Shown here: positions 48,401 to 60,149 of the stretch, piece after piece
Layout: the number at the start of each line of letters is the position of its first letter
Position numbering within the stretch: position 1 is the first letter of the stretch
Origin: Eledone cirrhosa
Taxonomy: Eukaryota
Direction of reading: 5' to 3'
Length of the DNA: 64,000 nucleotides
NCBI GenBank assembly: GCA_964016885.1
Contig: OZ024757.1
Span: 30,442,001-30,506,000 of the forward strand
Program-made: the position numbers and the translations under genes
Notes under the pieces: model-generated
What the model was told of the DNA's origin: nothing
The model's input: the letters and a program-made list of their open reading frames with translations, nothing else
Database searches by the model: none

Positions 48401-50809
48401 CCTTGTCTTGCTCATACGGGAACTGATTCTGGATTGATTTCTACAGCTGGATTTCCTTCTTAACACCAACCTTATTTACAGTGAATGCTGGGTGCTTTTT
48501 TTCCGTGGCGCCTACACGTCCACTTTACAGTGGGATGGGTGCTTTTTTGCCGTGGCACCTCCACGACCACTTTGCAGTGGAATGATAGGGACCCCAGTCC
48601 TATCATCTCATTTCTACAGCTGAGTAAACTGGAGCAATGTGAAATAAAGTGTCTTGCTCAAGGAAACGACACATCACCCGGTCCGAGAATTGAACTCACA
48701 ACCTTTCGATTGCAAGCCCAATGCTCTAAGCCATGCGTCTTATCTTGTGAAAATGGGTATAGCTTTCATTATGTAATATCTGCCCATTTTGGTAATGTTC
48801 TTTATGGCATTCCCCGTTTGGTTTTTATAGGTTGGCAGGTTTGCTATCACTTATTAAAATTCATTATATTACGGGGTCGATAAAATAAAGTACCAATAAT
48901 GCACTGGGTAATTGCTGGCCTTGTGCCTAAAGTAGAAACAATTATATTTTGCTCTCCGATTAACTCTAATCCATGTTAATGTATAACTTATCTTGATTTA
49001 AAATATAACAAAATATTATGAACACAGTAAAGCGTTCATAACAAGGCAGTTATTAAACCCCCCCCCCCCCCCCTCATACATATATATACACACACACGTG
49101 TTGGTGGCACAACAAAAAGCACCCGGCGCTCTTTGTAAATGAGGTTGGCATTAGAAAAGGTATCCAGCTGTAGAAACCAAGCCAAAATAAGTTCAGTATG
49201 TGCAAGACATGGTCAACTAACTTGACATTGCCCACAGATTGACATTAAATGGTGATGATGATATATACATGCATAGTTAGTCTGTTGAAATCCCGGAGGC
49301 TCGGCTCATCAAGCCAGTTCTTATCCTGGCTTATCAACATTAACCCTTTAGCATTTAAACCGGCCAGAATTATCCTACCTCTTTCTGTTCAAACCAGCTG
49401 CTTACACTGATGTTAAGGCATTGATCTCAAAATTTCATAGATTCGATATTATGTGAGATAAAGCCTTTACCGTGAAAATACAATAGTAAATATAGAGTAA
49501 TGTAAATGCTAAACAACTAAGAGTACAAGACTTCACAGTTTCAAAGTGAAGATTAGTTAGAAAAAATCTTCTGATTACTGAATGATAAAATACAGGAATA
49601 ATTTTAGAGTAAATCAGCTTTATTTCAATCATTGTTTAAGCATATGTGCAATGAGTGAACAGGTCAAAACTCCAGAATCTGTTTCAAAGCTGAGATGAGA
49701 AAAAAAATTAAGAAAATGTGAAATCTTGCACAACAAACACGTCCAATCCATAGCAGAGTATAAAATTGACATCAAAACATTAATAATTGTTTCTACTTTT
49801 GGCACAAGATCAGCAATTACCCAGTACATTACTGGTACTTTATTTTATCAACCCTGTAAGGATGAAAGGCAAAGTTAACCTCAGTGGAATTTGTCAGACC
49901 ATAAAGGGCTGTAACTCTATGCTGCAAAGCCGCATATTGCCAAGCCACCAACCATCAAAACATTAATAATGGTGATAATGATTCACAAATTATACCAACC
50001 ACTTTAGAATTATTTTAACCCTTTAGCATTTAAACTGGCCAGAATTCTCTCACTTCTTTCTGTTCAAACCGGCTGTAACTGGTCGCTCATACCTATGTTA
50101 AGGTATTGTTCTCAAAATAAATAACATCAAAATGTCGTAGATTCAATATTATGCAAGATAATTATGTGAGATTCAGCCTTTACTGTGAAAATATAATAGT
50201 ATATATAGAGTAATGTAAATGCTAAAGGATTAAAGTTCAAAGTTACACTGATTCCAGCATATTGACATTAACAATCCAGTCATGCTATGAATAACATAAA
50301 AAGAAGTGTTTGCTGCTAACCTTGTGGTAAATTATGGATTTTGTAAAGTATCAACACACTCAAAATTACTGGAATTACCAATGAGAAAAAACAAAAAAAT
50401 ACTGAATTCAATCAAGCTTTACAAAAAAAAAACCCAAAAGAAAAGTAAAAACATTCATTCCTATAACACAAAGTAGCAATACTGCAATTTATGAAGACTG
50501 ATATTTTCCTGTGTAGAGGACGCTGGCCATATTCTGAAAAATTAAAAACTGCTACACAGGAAAATATCAATATTCACGTAGTTCACTTGCTGAGCTACAT
50601 TTACAATTAACTCTTTAGCATTTAAACTGGCCACAATTCTCCCACTTCTTTCTGTTCAAACCAGCTGCTCATACTGCTGTCACGGTATTTTCTCAAAATA
50701 AATAATACCAAAATCTCATAGATTCGATATTATGTGTGTGCCTTTACTGCGATAATACTTAGAGTAAGGTAAATGCTAAAGGGTTAAACAAATTTAGACA
50801 ATTATACAT

Positions 50810-51652
50810 TCACTGCTTTCCTATGTGAATCCGAATATGTGTATTTAAGTTACATTTTTGAGTGAATGACTTACTACAAATATCACAGTGATACGGTTTT
50901 TCTCCTGTATGAATACGTTTGTGTTTAGTTAAGGTACTTTTTTCAGAGAATGATTTACCACAGCTATCACAGTTGTATGGCTTCTCTCCTGTATGAATGC
51001 GTATGTGATTAGTTAATTGATGTTTCAAAGAGAATGATTTACTGCAGATATCACAGTGATATGGTTTATCACCTGAATGAACACGCTTGTGTCCAGTGAA
51101 GTCAGTTCTTCTAGAGAATGATTTACCACAGATATCACAGTGATATGGTGTTTCTCCTGTATGAATGCGTTTGTGAGTAGTTAAGTTGCATCCATGCGAA
51201 AACGATCTACCACAAATATCACAGTGATATGGTGTCTCGCCTGTATGGGTGCGCTTATGTTGAGTTAAGTGACCTAACTGAGTAAATGATTTACCACAGA
51301 TATCACAGCAGTATGGTTTCTCTCCTGTGTGAATGCGCTTGTGTCTAGTTAAGTTGCTATTTAGAAGGAATGACTTACCACAGATATCACAGTGGTATGG
51401 TGTCTCTCTTATATGAATCCCAACATGTGTAGTTAAGTTACATTTTTCAGAGAATGATTTACCACAGATATTACAATGATGCTGTGTCTCTCCTGAATGA
51501 ATGTGTTTGTGTTGAGCTAAGTGACTAATTAAATGGAATGATTTATCACAACTATCACAGTGATATGTTGCCTCTCCTGTATAAATATGTTTCTGTTCAG
51601 TTAAGTCGACTCTAGAGAATGATTTTTCACGCATATCACAGTGGTGTGGCAT
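50810..51652 (-). CDS. Tandem C2H2 zinc-finger protein (ZNF-5): 9 complete fingers preceded by decayed fingers
   Basis: The ORF-track start at 51739 is TTG, with an in-frame TGA 7 codons upstream; the first ATG is at 51652. Acceptor TTATTTCAG at 52391. Confidence 0.85.
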   Translation of the reverse strand: MPHHCDMREKSFSRVDLTEQKHIYTGEATYHCDSCDKSFHLISHLAQHKHIHSGETQHHCNICGKSFSEKCNLTTHVGIHIRETPYHCDICGKSFLLNSNLTRHKRIHTGEKPYCCDICGKSFTQLGHLTQHKRTHTGETPYHCDICGRSFSHGCNLTTHKRIHTGETPYHCDICGKSFSRRTDFTGHKRVHSGDKPYHCDICSKSFSLKHQLTNHIRIHTGEKPYNCDSCGKSFSEKSTLTKHKRIHTGEKPYHCDICSKSFTQKCNLNTHIRIHIGKQ

Positions 51653-52034
51653 TTCTTCAGTATGAATAAATTTGTAAGTAGTCAGGTTAATATTATGAGA
51701 GTTATAAGAGGTGTATGATGATTTTTCTATCTCATTCAAGATTTTATCACAAAGGTATCAATCCTTCAAATTTCTCACATATTTCTTTTTCCTATAATTT
51801 TTCTTCTATCAACACAATACATGGATACTTTTTCTTCTGTTTGTTTTCAATATTTTTTCTGCTAAAGTTCCATCAAACACGGGAAAATGAACATAAAACT
51901 GATGATGGTGATGATGTAATATTTGCCAATGTCTGAAGATGTTGCAAACTCTTTTGTAAATTCATCCAAGGTTAATATGAATGTTAAGTCTTCTTGTACG
52001 CAGTTCAGATAAATAATAAAAATCTTGCTGTTAA

Positions 52035-52227
52035 CCCTTTAGCATTTAAATCAGCCAGAATTCTCTCACCTCTTTCTGATCAAACTGGCCATATCCGGCT
52101 GCTCATACTGACGTTAAGGTATTGTTCTCAAAATAAATAATACTAAAATCTCGTAGATTTGATATTATGTGAGATAAAGCATTTACTGTGAAAATACAAT
52201 ATTAAATATAATGTAAATGCTAAAGGG
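52035..52227. mobile_element. piggyBac-type MITE in the ZNF-5 leader (further copies at about 49345-49515, 50019-50229, 50610-50783)
   Basis: TTAA|CCCTTTAGCATTTA ... TAAATGCTAAAGGG|TTAA. Confidence 0.88.
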
Positions 52228-53609
52228 TTAATCTTAATTCAGAAGAAATATTTTACCATAATCCATCATAGAACCATATGAATAATGTTATAATCTCTTT
52301 TGTATATTATCTTCTTTTAGTCTTCAAATGATAAATATTGATGATCTAGCTGATGTAAAACATTAATTTACACCAATTTCATTTGATATTCTGAAATAAC
52401 AAAGGAACACATTTACACTTATAATATAAAAGTAATATTTCTTGTGGCATTAAATGATGACGAAAAATATGTCGATATGAAATAGAAAGAATTAGAAATA
52501 TTAAGGAATTTACAATGTACAGGCAGAGACCATTAAGAAATCTAAATGTAAAAGAAAGTTCTACTGGAGTTCTTACGGAATTATTGAGGAATACGGTATA
52601 GCTTTTTGGTGAAAGCATCTGGCAGTGAGTTTTAAGAAACGATTTCGTATGATTTACATTTTATCAACTGTAGAGAACATTGTTGTTGTTTCTAGATTTC
52701 AGCAAGTGTCCAGGTATTTATAAATATGCGAAGCAGTTGGAAGACAACACAAGATGGTATTAATTAATTAGGGTGGATTGGCAGTACCGGTAGAGAGTCG
52801 GACGCCATGCGTTGCAGCACAGAGTTACGCCCCCTTACGGTCTGAGTTCAAATCCCACCGAGGTAAACGTTGCCTTTCATCCTTACAGGGTCGATAAAAT
52901 AAAGCACCAGTAATGCACTGGAATAATTGCTGGCCTTGTGCCAAAAAAAAAAGAAACAATTAATTAATTATTATATTAATATAATATTATGGCAGTTGAT
53001 TTGCAGTATTGGATAAAATACTTTGCAGCATAGAATTACGGCCCTTTGCGTTCTAAGTTCAAATCACGCCGAAGTTAGCTTTGACTAGACATGGATTTCT
53101 TAATATCATTTAAATCAGCGGATATACTAAAATAGATATATTTCAAGCGACCGAAAGAACAAGACTCTCCCCTCCCCATCGGACAGGATACCAGTCCATG
53201 GCAGGGTTAACTCTCAGCTATTGCTGGTACTCTTTCCAGTTGATTGGAGCAACATGAAATGAAGTGTTTTGCTCAAGAACGCGCAGGAATCGAACTAAAG
53301 ACATTACGATCGTAAGTCCAACACCTTAACCACTGGGTTCACGCGCCTTTAGTAGTCTTTATACATCTACAATATTGCTTTTTAATTTTGGCACAAAACC
53401 AGCAAATGTTTGGAGAAAGGGCGAAGTTGAGATAATCAACCTCAGTACCTAACTGGTATTGAACTTTATCGACCACGGAAAGTTGAAAAACAAAGTTGAC
53501 TTCAGCGGGACTTGAACTCAGAACGTAGAAAGATATAACTAAGTACCGCAAAGCATTTTATCTGACTCTTTAATCAATAATATTAACAGATATATCAAAA
53601 CATTTGAAA

Positions 53610-53716
53610 TGTTTCATACTTACAGAAATCTTGTTACAAAAGCGTCTGGTTGTTGAGAGCGACGAATGTGGCGATACTGAGCATGCGTATAGAACATATG
53701 CCAGGGGAGATAACTT
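53610..53716 (-). promoter_or_regulatory. Putative promoter/first exon of ZNF-5
   Basis: On -: AGTTATCTCCCCTGG, ACGCATGCTCA, donor CT|GTAAGTATGAAAC at about 53623. Confidence 0.6.
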
Positions 53717-53851
53717 ATATATATTCTTATATAAATGTAGAAGTTCTATTTAAATTGTTGGAATACAAGCAAATATTTTTATAACTGATATAAAGCACTC
53801 AACAAATTATTGGAGTAAAAATACGATATATTAACAAATGGAAACTATATT

Positions 53852-53916
53852 TATTTCATTATACATATTTCCAGGACACCAAGTTAAATTATGGTGTGCT
53901 TTCATCAGATAAAATA
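53852..53916 (-). ncRNA. Minimal type I hammerhead ribozyme (minus-strand copy, A-G mismatch at the base of stem II)
   Basis: Reverse complement of 54044-54108 with one substitution at 53872. Confidence 0.55.
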
Positions 53917-54043
53917 TAATATAGATCAGTTTTGTAAATAAATATTGACATACCCTTAAAGAATGCGACCATTTCTGTTGGAAGCTCCCGGTCGCATTCT
54001 TTAAGGGTATGTCAATATTTATTTATAAAACTGATCTATATTA

Positions 54044-54108
54044 TATTTTATCTGATGAAAGCACACCATAATTTAACTTGGTGTCCTTGAAATATGTATA
54101 ATGAAATA
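54044..54108 (+). ncRNA. Minimal type I hammerhead ribozyme
   Basis: Stem I UAUUUUAU/AUGAAAUA; CUGAUGA (54052-58); stem II AAGCACACCA/UGGUGUCCUU (9 of 10 bp); GAAA (54089-92); self-complementary AUAUGUAU stem III; predicted cut after AUA at 54100. Confidence 0.65.
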
Positions 54109-55354
54109 AATATGGTTTTATAAATATAGTTTCCATTTGTTAATATATCGTATATTCTTATATATATTTTTTTAATACACAAAAATAGATTTTCTTCGAC
54201 AACATACCAATGAAGGCGTATATAAATCCATATGCAATATATTTATGTATAATAAAAATATATATAGTCACACTGTGATATGATTACAGCAACACAACAC
54301 TAATATGTTGACTACGCCTGAAGATGGTAAGTTGATAGAGATTTACTGGAAATCTATAAGAATTATGTGAACCCTTCAACGATATAGTAATTATATACAA
54401 GTGAAAATATATTTCTTCCACATGTCCTCTACCTACAATAAAATATTTCCAAACTGAAATATTAATCTGGTATTTTTCAATAAGTTACATGCAATACAAA
54501 ATAAATGATTTGCTCAATATTGATGATTGAAAACATCAGACATCGATATTAATTCTGTTCTCCACCGAATAACTATTTATTCGTTCATTTAATTTTATAA
54601 TGATAATTTTTCTTAAATTGTCCACCTACTGTAGAAACCATAATTCATTGGTGGTGGGCATATGTGATGTGCAAAGAAAAGTATGTCATGTGAAAACCAA
54701 CAGTTTCCGTTACACACGGTATATATTAAGAATATTCAGAGAAAGAGAAATTGTTTTCTTTTTTTCTTTTTAAATATACAATATCTAATTATATATTGAG
54801 TAAAATCGGAAGTATGTATTAGTAAAAATTAAAAAATGACGATTAACAACAGTTTCTGTCTAAATTAGCAGCTATCGTCTTAAAAATAGATAAAGGAAAT
54901 AAGAGACTGAACGTTTAAGAACGACTATTTTTACCATTACATCTGCTACCACTCATTTATGGACACAATAGTTTAGAGCTATATATATTTCCTATTAAAT
55001 GTGTAGCTATAGACAATGTAAGCCTTGTTACTTCATTCTGACAAGATGAAGACACACTCAATGTCACAATAAAGGTAATAAAATCTGTGAAAATTCTAAT
55101 TTGATAACAAGGAAATTATTTCTTTGGTTGTTTAGTAACACAATACATTTTATTGCAAGGGAACCATGAACATAGCTTTCAGGTTAGTTGTAGCAGTAAT
55201 TTGAACTTTTGTTCCCATGTTGGCAAAGACTTTTTCGGTGAGATATGTTTTAAGTTGAAAAGGAGCAGAAAATTTCAACGAGACCTTGAGGAACTTTTTT
55301 GAAATATACAGAACTGCCTTAGCAGACAGGTGTGCTTGATGCTGACGACCCATT

Positions 55355-55715
55355 TTCCAGAATTTTTAATACGGATGAAACTGGAATGGGCACAACTCCA
55401 AATCAAAGAAAATATTTTTTTTAAAAAGGGACAAAAAATGCATATCTGCAGATTCCAAATGAAGGGAAAAGTATGTTCACTGTACTGATGTATCTTTCAG
55501 CAGATGGTTCATTCCTTGGCCTTCTTCTCATGTACAAAGGAAAAAACATGTACAGCATTTGGGCAGAAAATGACCCTGAAAATGTATTTTATGCTTGCAG
55601 CCCTAGTAGTTGGATGGAAGATACAGTTTTTGAAAATTGGTTTTGTACTGTCTTTATCAAACACATAAATGAAAGCAACTTAAAGAAGCCTGTTGTACTG
55701 CTCTCTAACGGCTAA
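55355..55715 (+). mobile_element. pogo/Fot1-like DDE_1 transposase fragment
   Basis: RIFNTDETG, FTVLMYLSADG, SSWMEDTVFENWF and KPVVLLSNG motifs. Confidence 0.8.
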
Positions 55716-56989
55716 AACGACCCACTTTACCCACCCCACCTGCTACCAGTCATTTATAGACACACTAGTTTACAGCTATATATAGTTCCTATTAAATCTG
55801 AGGCTGAAGACAATGTCAGCTTCATTACTTTATTCTGATGAGATGAAGACGCCCCAATGTCATAGAATAAATATAATAAAATGTCTGAAAATTCTAATTT
55901 GACAAGGAAATATTTCTTTGGTTGTTTAGTAAAAAATAACAACACAATACATTTTATTCCAAGGGAACATATGTAAATCATGAACATAGCTCAGGCTAGT
56001 TGTGTAGTAGTAATTTGAACTTTTGTTCCCATATTAGCAAAGACTTTTTCGGTAAGATAGATATGTAGCGAAATCTCTTCATAAATATCCTGACCCCCCC
56101 AAAAGAGATCTGGCTGTTATTTCACTTTATCTTAATTGGAGTCATTTTGTTGGACTGGCTGGTCAGCTTGAGGTGAAGGTAAGATAAGTGCTTCTTTTCT
56201 CTCAGTCAAGTCACAAGAGAAGCATCACTAACAAGATGTAGCACTTAACAAAAATAGATTTTGGCCCTGTCAACAAGAACCCGACAGCAATTCTTCCATT
56301 GGCATTTCAACCACACAGAATCATCTGCCTTTTCATATGAACAAAGATTCCTCATTAAAACACAAAGAACTTTTCAAACACTGCATCCATTTGTGAGTGC
56401 TTTCATCAATCTTTGTATTTTTTATGATTCAAAGTAATCACATTCTTTTTCCTTTTAACTGGAGTGAAGTAAAATTCTATAACTAACCCAAAATTATTGT
56501 ATTTTTCGTGTTTATCATCCTCTTTCATAGCCCCACTAAATTATTTCTTTGGGTATTTAGTAAAAAATAAAACAACACATTTTATTCCAAGGGAACTTAT
56601 GTGAACCATCAACATAGCTTTCAGGTTAGTTGTGTAGCAGTAATTTGAACTTTTGTTCCCATATTAGCAAAGACTTTTGAGGTGAGATAGATATTGGATT
56701 CCTTTGTTTTAAAACTGGAGTCGCCAGCTTGCCTGGAGAAGGCGGCCAGTGGGCCGAAGCAAGAATATACCCACTGGCACTTCAACAAAAATTAGTCCAT
56801 AAACAAATGTGAATATATCTTTCAAACTCTTTGCACGCACTCATAGGCAACATCAACACAGCCTTGTTTTTCTATGTTATTATCAATAACCTCGCAGCAG
56901 GTTATTCCTTAATAAAATTTATTTAAGTAGCAATTATCGTTTATTGTTCATTCACTACGATATGTCAAACAGTGCTTCATATGGGACAG

Positions 56990-57360
56990 ACCAATCTCAT
57001 ACATCACACCCATCAAACCAAATGTTTACTGCCACACCACAATGAACATAACCAACATGACTAAATAACCTCTTGCTACAGTTGTTTCTCCCAACTTTTG
57101 GTTTGTTTGAATTATTGGACAAATAGCTTTGACAAAGGTACTGAAGCAGTTGTGATATATATAGACTTTATCAAGGTCCTTCAATTCTATATCACATCAG
57201 AGCCTATTGTTCAAACTGAGGCAAGTTGGGGTTAGAAGGAAATTCGACACATAGATTAAATATTTCCTGTCAGCAAGGAGACAAAAAGTAGTTCTCCAAA
57301 ATGGAGTATCTTCCTGGACTGATGTTATCAATGGTGTACCACAAGGATCTATCCAGACAC
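56990..57360 (+). mobile_element. CR1/L2-group LINE RT fragment
   Basis: LDKG...VIYIDFIK, SLLFKLRQVGV and FLSARRQKVVLQNGVSSWTDVINGVPQGS. Confidence 0.75.
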
Positions 57361-59357
57361 TATGCTGTTTCTGAGGATGTTGTTATGATGTTCCCTTCTT
57401 TGCCAGCATTAAAAAATAAATTGAGATTTGATGCCACAATAAAATACATCCAGTACACTGTATAATGTGGTAGTGTTGGTGCACCCAGTACACTCTTTAA
57501 AAGTGTTGCCATTTAGAAGGGAATCCAACGACAGAAACTGTGTTAAAGACATTATACTGTAAAATGCCTAGTCTCAGATCATGCCAACCCAAGTTTTGTC
57601 AATAGGGAAACAGACATAAAATGCTGAGGATATATTCATATCCACTATATACATATATATAGCAGCTCTGTTTTTGTTCTCTACATAAGTACCCTGGTTG
57701 AGTGCTTTAGTTTATATTCAATTTTTCAACTTCCCACCAATATGTTCCTTAACAATGGTCAGGTTTGGCCAACCTCCTCTTTGATGAGAGGTCATGTGTC
57801 ACTACTCATGTCAGGGGTGTAGCCGTACTCATCACGCTTGACCAATTGCGGCTTGGTGAGACTACAGCTGACTGAACTGGAGAAATGTGAAATGAAGTGT
57901 TTTGCTGAAAAACACAACACAAAGCTCGGTCTGAGAATTGAACTCACAACCTCAGGATTGTAAGCCCGATGCTCTAACCATTAAGCCATGCACCTTCACA
58001 TTTGTTTATCTTACTGATAAACCTATGTGTGCACTCTGAGTGAGTAAGAGATAGCTAAATTCTCTTTGACTAGCTTCATAAGCCAGTATATATATATATA
58101 ATTGTTTCTACTTTTGGCACAAGGCCAGCAATTATCCAGTGCATTACTGGTACTTTATTTTATCGACCCTGTAAGAATGAAAGGCAAAGTTAACCTCAGC
58201 GGGATTTGAACTCAAAACGCAAAGGGCCATAACTCCATGCTGAAAAGCATGATGTTTGATGCTCTACAGATACTGTCAATCCATTGCCCTTATATATGAT
58301 GCAGATGTAAATGAAAGTTGGGATTTGGCGAATGTGGGGGGTGAGGGAGAAGCTTTATCAGCGAAGATGGTTGTGTTATGATAAATAAATAAATATATAT
58401 ATACATCATTCCATCTCGAAAATAAAGAGATACATTGCATAAGTTCAATTGTTCAAGTAAAGATTTATATCTACCTGTTATCAGTAGAGAAGATATACAG
58501 TAAAATGCCCACTGCTGAATCTCTATATTTTAACTTTCCTCTATACCTTATATTGTTGTTCTATTATTTCAGAATAGCCAGTGCCATTGACATAGAAGAA
58601 TTTTTAACGTCAGATGCATCATCATTGAAAAGACTAAGACATGTTACGCAAAACAGATGAACATTTTTTTTTTATAAATAAATTGTGAATTACTGAGAAA
58701 TAAATCTTTTGAACTGAGATTAAAAGCAACATCTCTCTTCTTCTCTGTCTGGAATAATGTAGAAAATGATTATGTATTGTAACAAACTTTGACAAATTTT
58801 CAAAGGAGTTTGCACTATTGTTAGATGTCAAAAACAGTCACATTTTTATGGAAATATTAGGCAGTAATAAGCTATAAAAATCCCCCGACCACAAAAAAAA
58901 AAGAAAGAAAGTAAGAAGGAAAGAAATCACTATGCTGTGGCAGGAGAGGGATAATTATGGGAAAATAAATTATGAGAAAAAGATTGATAGTTTTTCTGAA
59001 GAGATGTTGAATAAGATAGGAAAATACTGTGCCGGGTGAGGGATAATTATGGGAAAATATATTATGAAGGTGTGTGGCTGAGTGGTTGGAAAGTTGGATC
59101 GCAGTCATGAGGTTGAAATTTCGATTCCTGGACCGGTCAATGCATTGTGTCTTTGGGCGAGACACTTTCTTTCACATTGCTCCTTCTTCCTGGGTTTGCG
59201 ACCAACAGATAGTATTAGCAATTGGAAAGACCAATGGAAACATTGTTTCCTCGGTCTGATTTGATGAGCTCCCACACACTCGTTAAGCAAATGAAGTCCA
59301 GGATCTTGTCGATCAACTGATGATATGAGAAAAAGATTGATATGTTTTTCTGAAGAG

Positions 59358-59980
59358 ATGTCGAATAAGATAGGAAAATCATCATACAACTGTGATATCT
59401 AAAATAAATAATTTTCGGAAAATGGTAACCTCTCTACACACAAACGTATTCATGAAGGACAAAAGCCACATCACTGTAATCATCATCACTGTTTAACATC
59501 CACTTTCCTTGCTAATATCTGTGGTATATCTCAGATAGGTCGCTTAGCTAAACATAAATATATTCATACAGTGGAGAAGCCATGCTGATGTAATATGTGA
59601 TGATTCTCTCAGACAGGAATCTTAACTACACACAAATATAAACACGCTGGAGAAAGCCAAAGAATCCATTTTACTGTGATACCTGTGGTAAATGATTCCT
59701 AATTCTTTAAATATAGTCACCTGACTACACACAAACGTACTGATACATGAAAGACACTATATCACTGTGATATACATAGTGAATTGTTTTTTTAGACATG
59801 TAGCTTAACCACACACAAATATATTCATACATGAGAAAAGCCACATTGTTGTTGCAAATAATACTATAAAATCTAATCACCTGACTACACGTACGCAGGT
59901 ATGTCAGCCTACACTGATATCTGTGGTAAACCTTTCTCTCAAAAAAGTCATTTAACTACACATCTGTATATTCATACATA
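59358..59980 (+). pseudogene. C2H2 ZNF pseudogene (ZNF-6), about 7 decayed fingers
   Basis: ATG MSNKIGKSSYNCDI*, then finger remnants with many stops and frameshifts. Family-type acceptor TTATTTCAG|AATA at 58572. Confidence 0.85.
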
Positions 59981-60149
59981 AAAGTAAGTGTACCAAAGTC
60001 AACAACTATTTTATACTAGAAGATATATCACTTTGATAAGTCCTTGCAGCTACATGAGATAATTTACTGCTCTTTTTTTCTCAAGCAACAGTTCCAGCTG
60101 TTTGAGTCAATGAAATTGAGCTCGGTGCCTACCAATAGGTAACTGATAA

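Larger units (their letters stand above)
32489..49296. repeat. Near-perfect 8.4-kb tandem duplication (32489-40891 and 40892-49296)
   Basis: Constant offset 8403 across the ORF track. The only differences seen are homopolymers (G14 vs G17, C17 vs C16). Junction ...GAAATCCCGG|AACTCCCTTC. Confidence 0.95.
53821..54153. repeat. Foldback with about 150-bp arms and a 19-nt spacer (inverted Penelope-like pLTR fragments)
   Basis: Arms 53821-53970 and 53990-54153 are near-perfect reverse complements. Confidence 0.92.

Noticed and set aside
51653-51739. ORF-track N-terminus of ZNF-5
   Set aside because: It starts at TTG behind an in-frame stop and covers a decayed finger; the ATG at 51652 is more likely.
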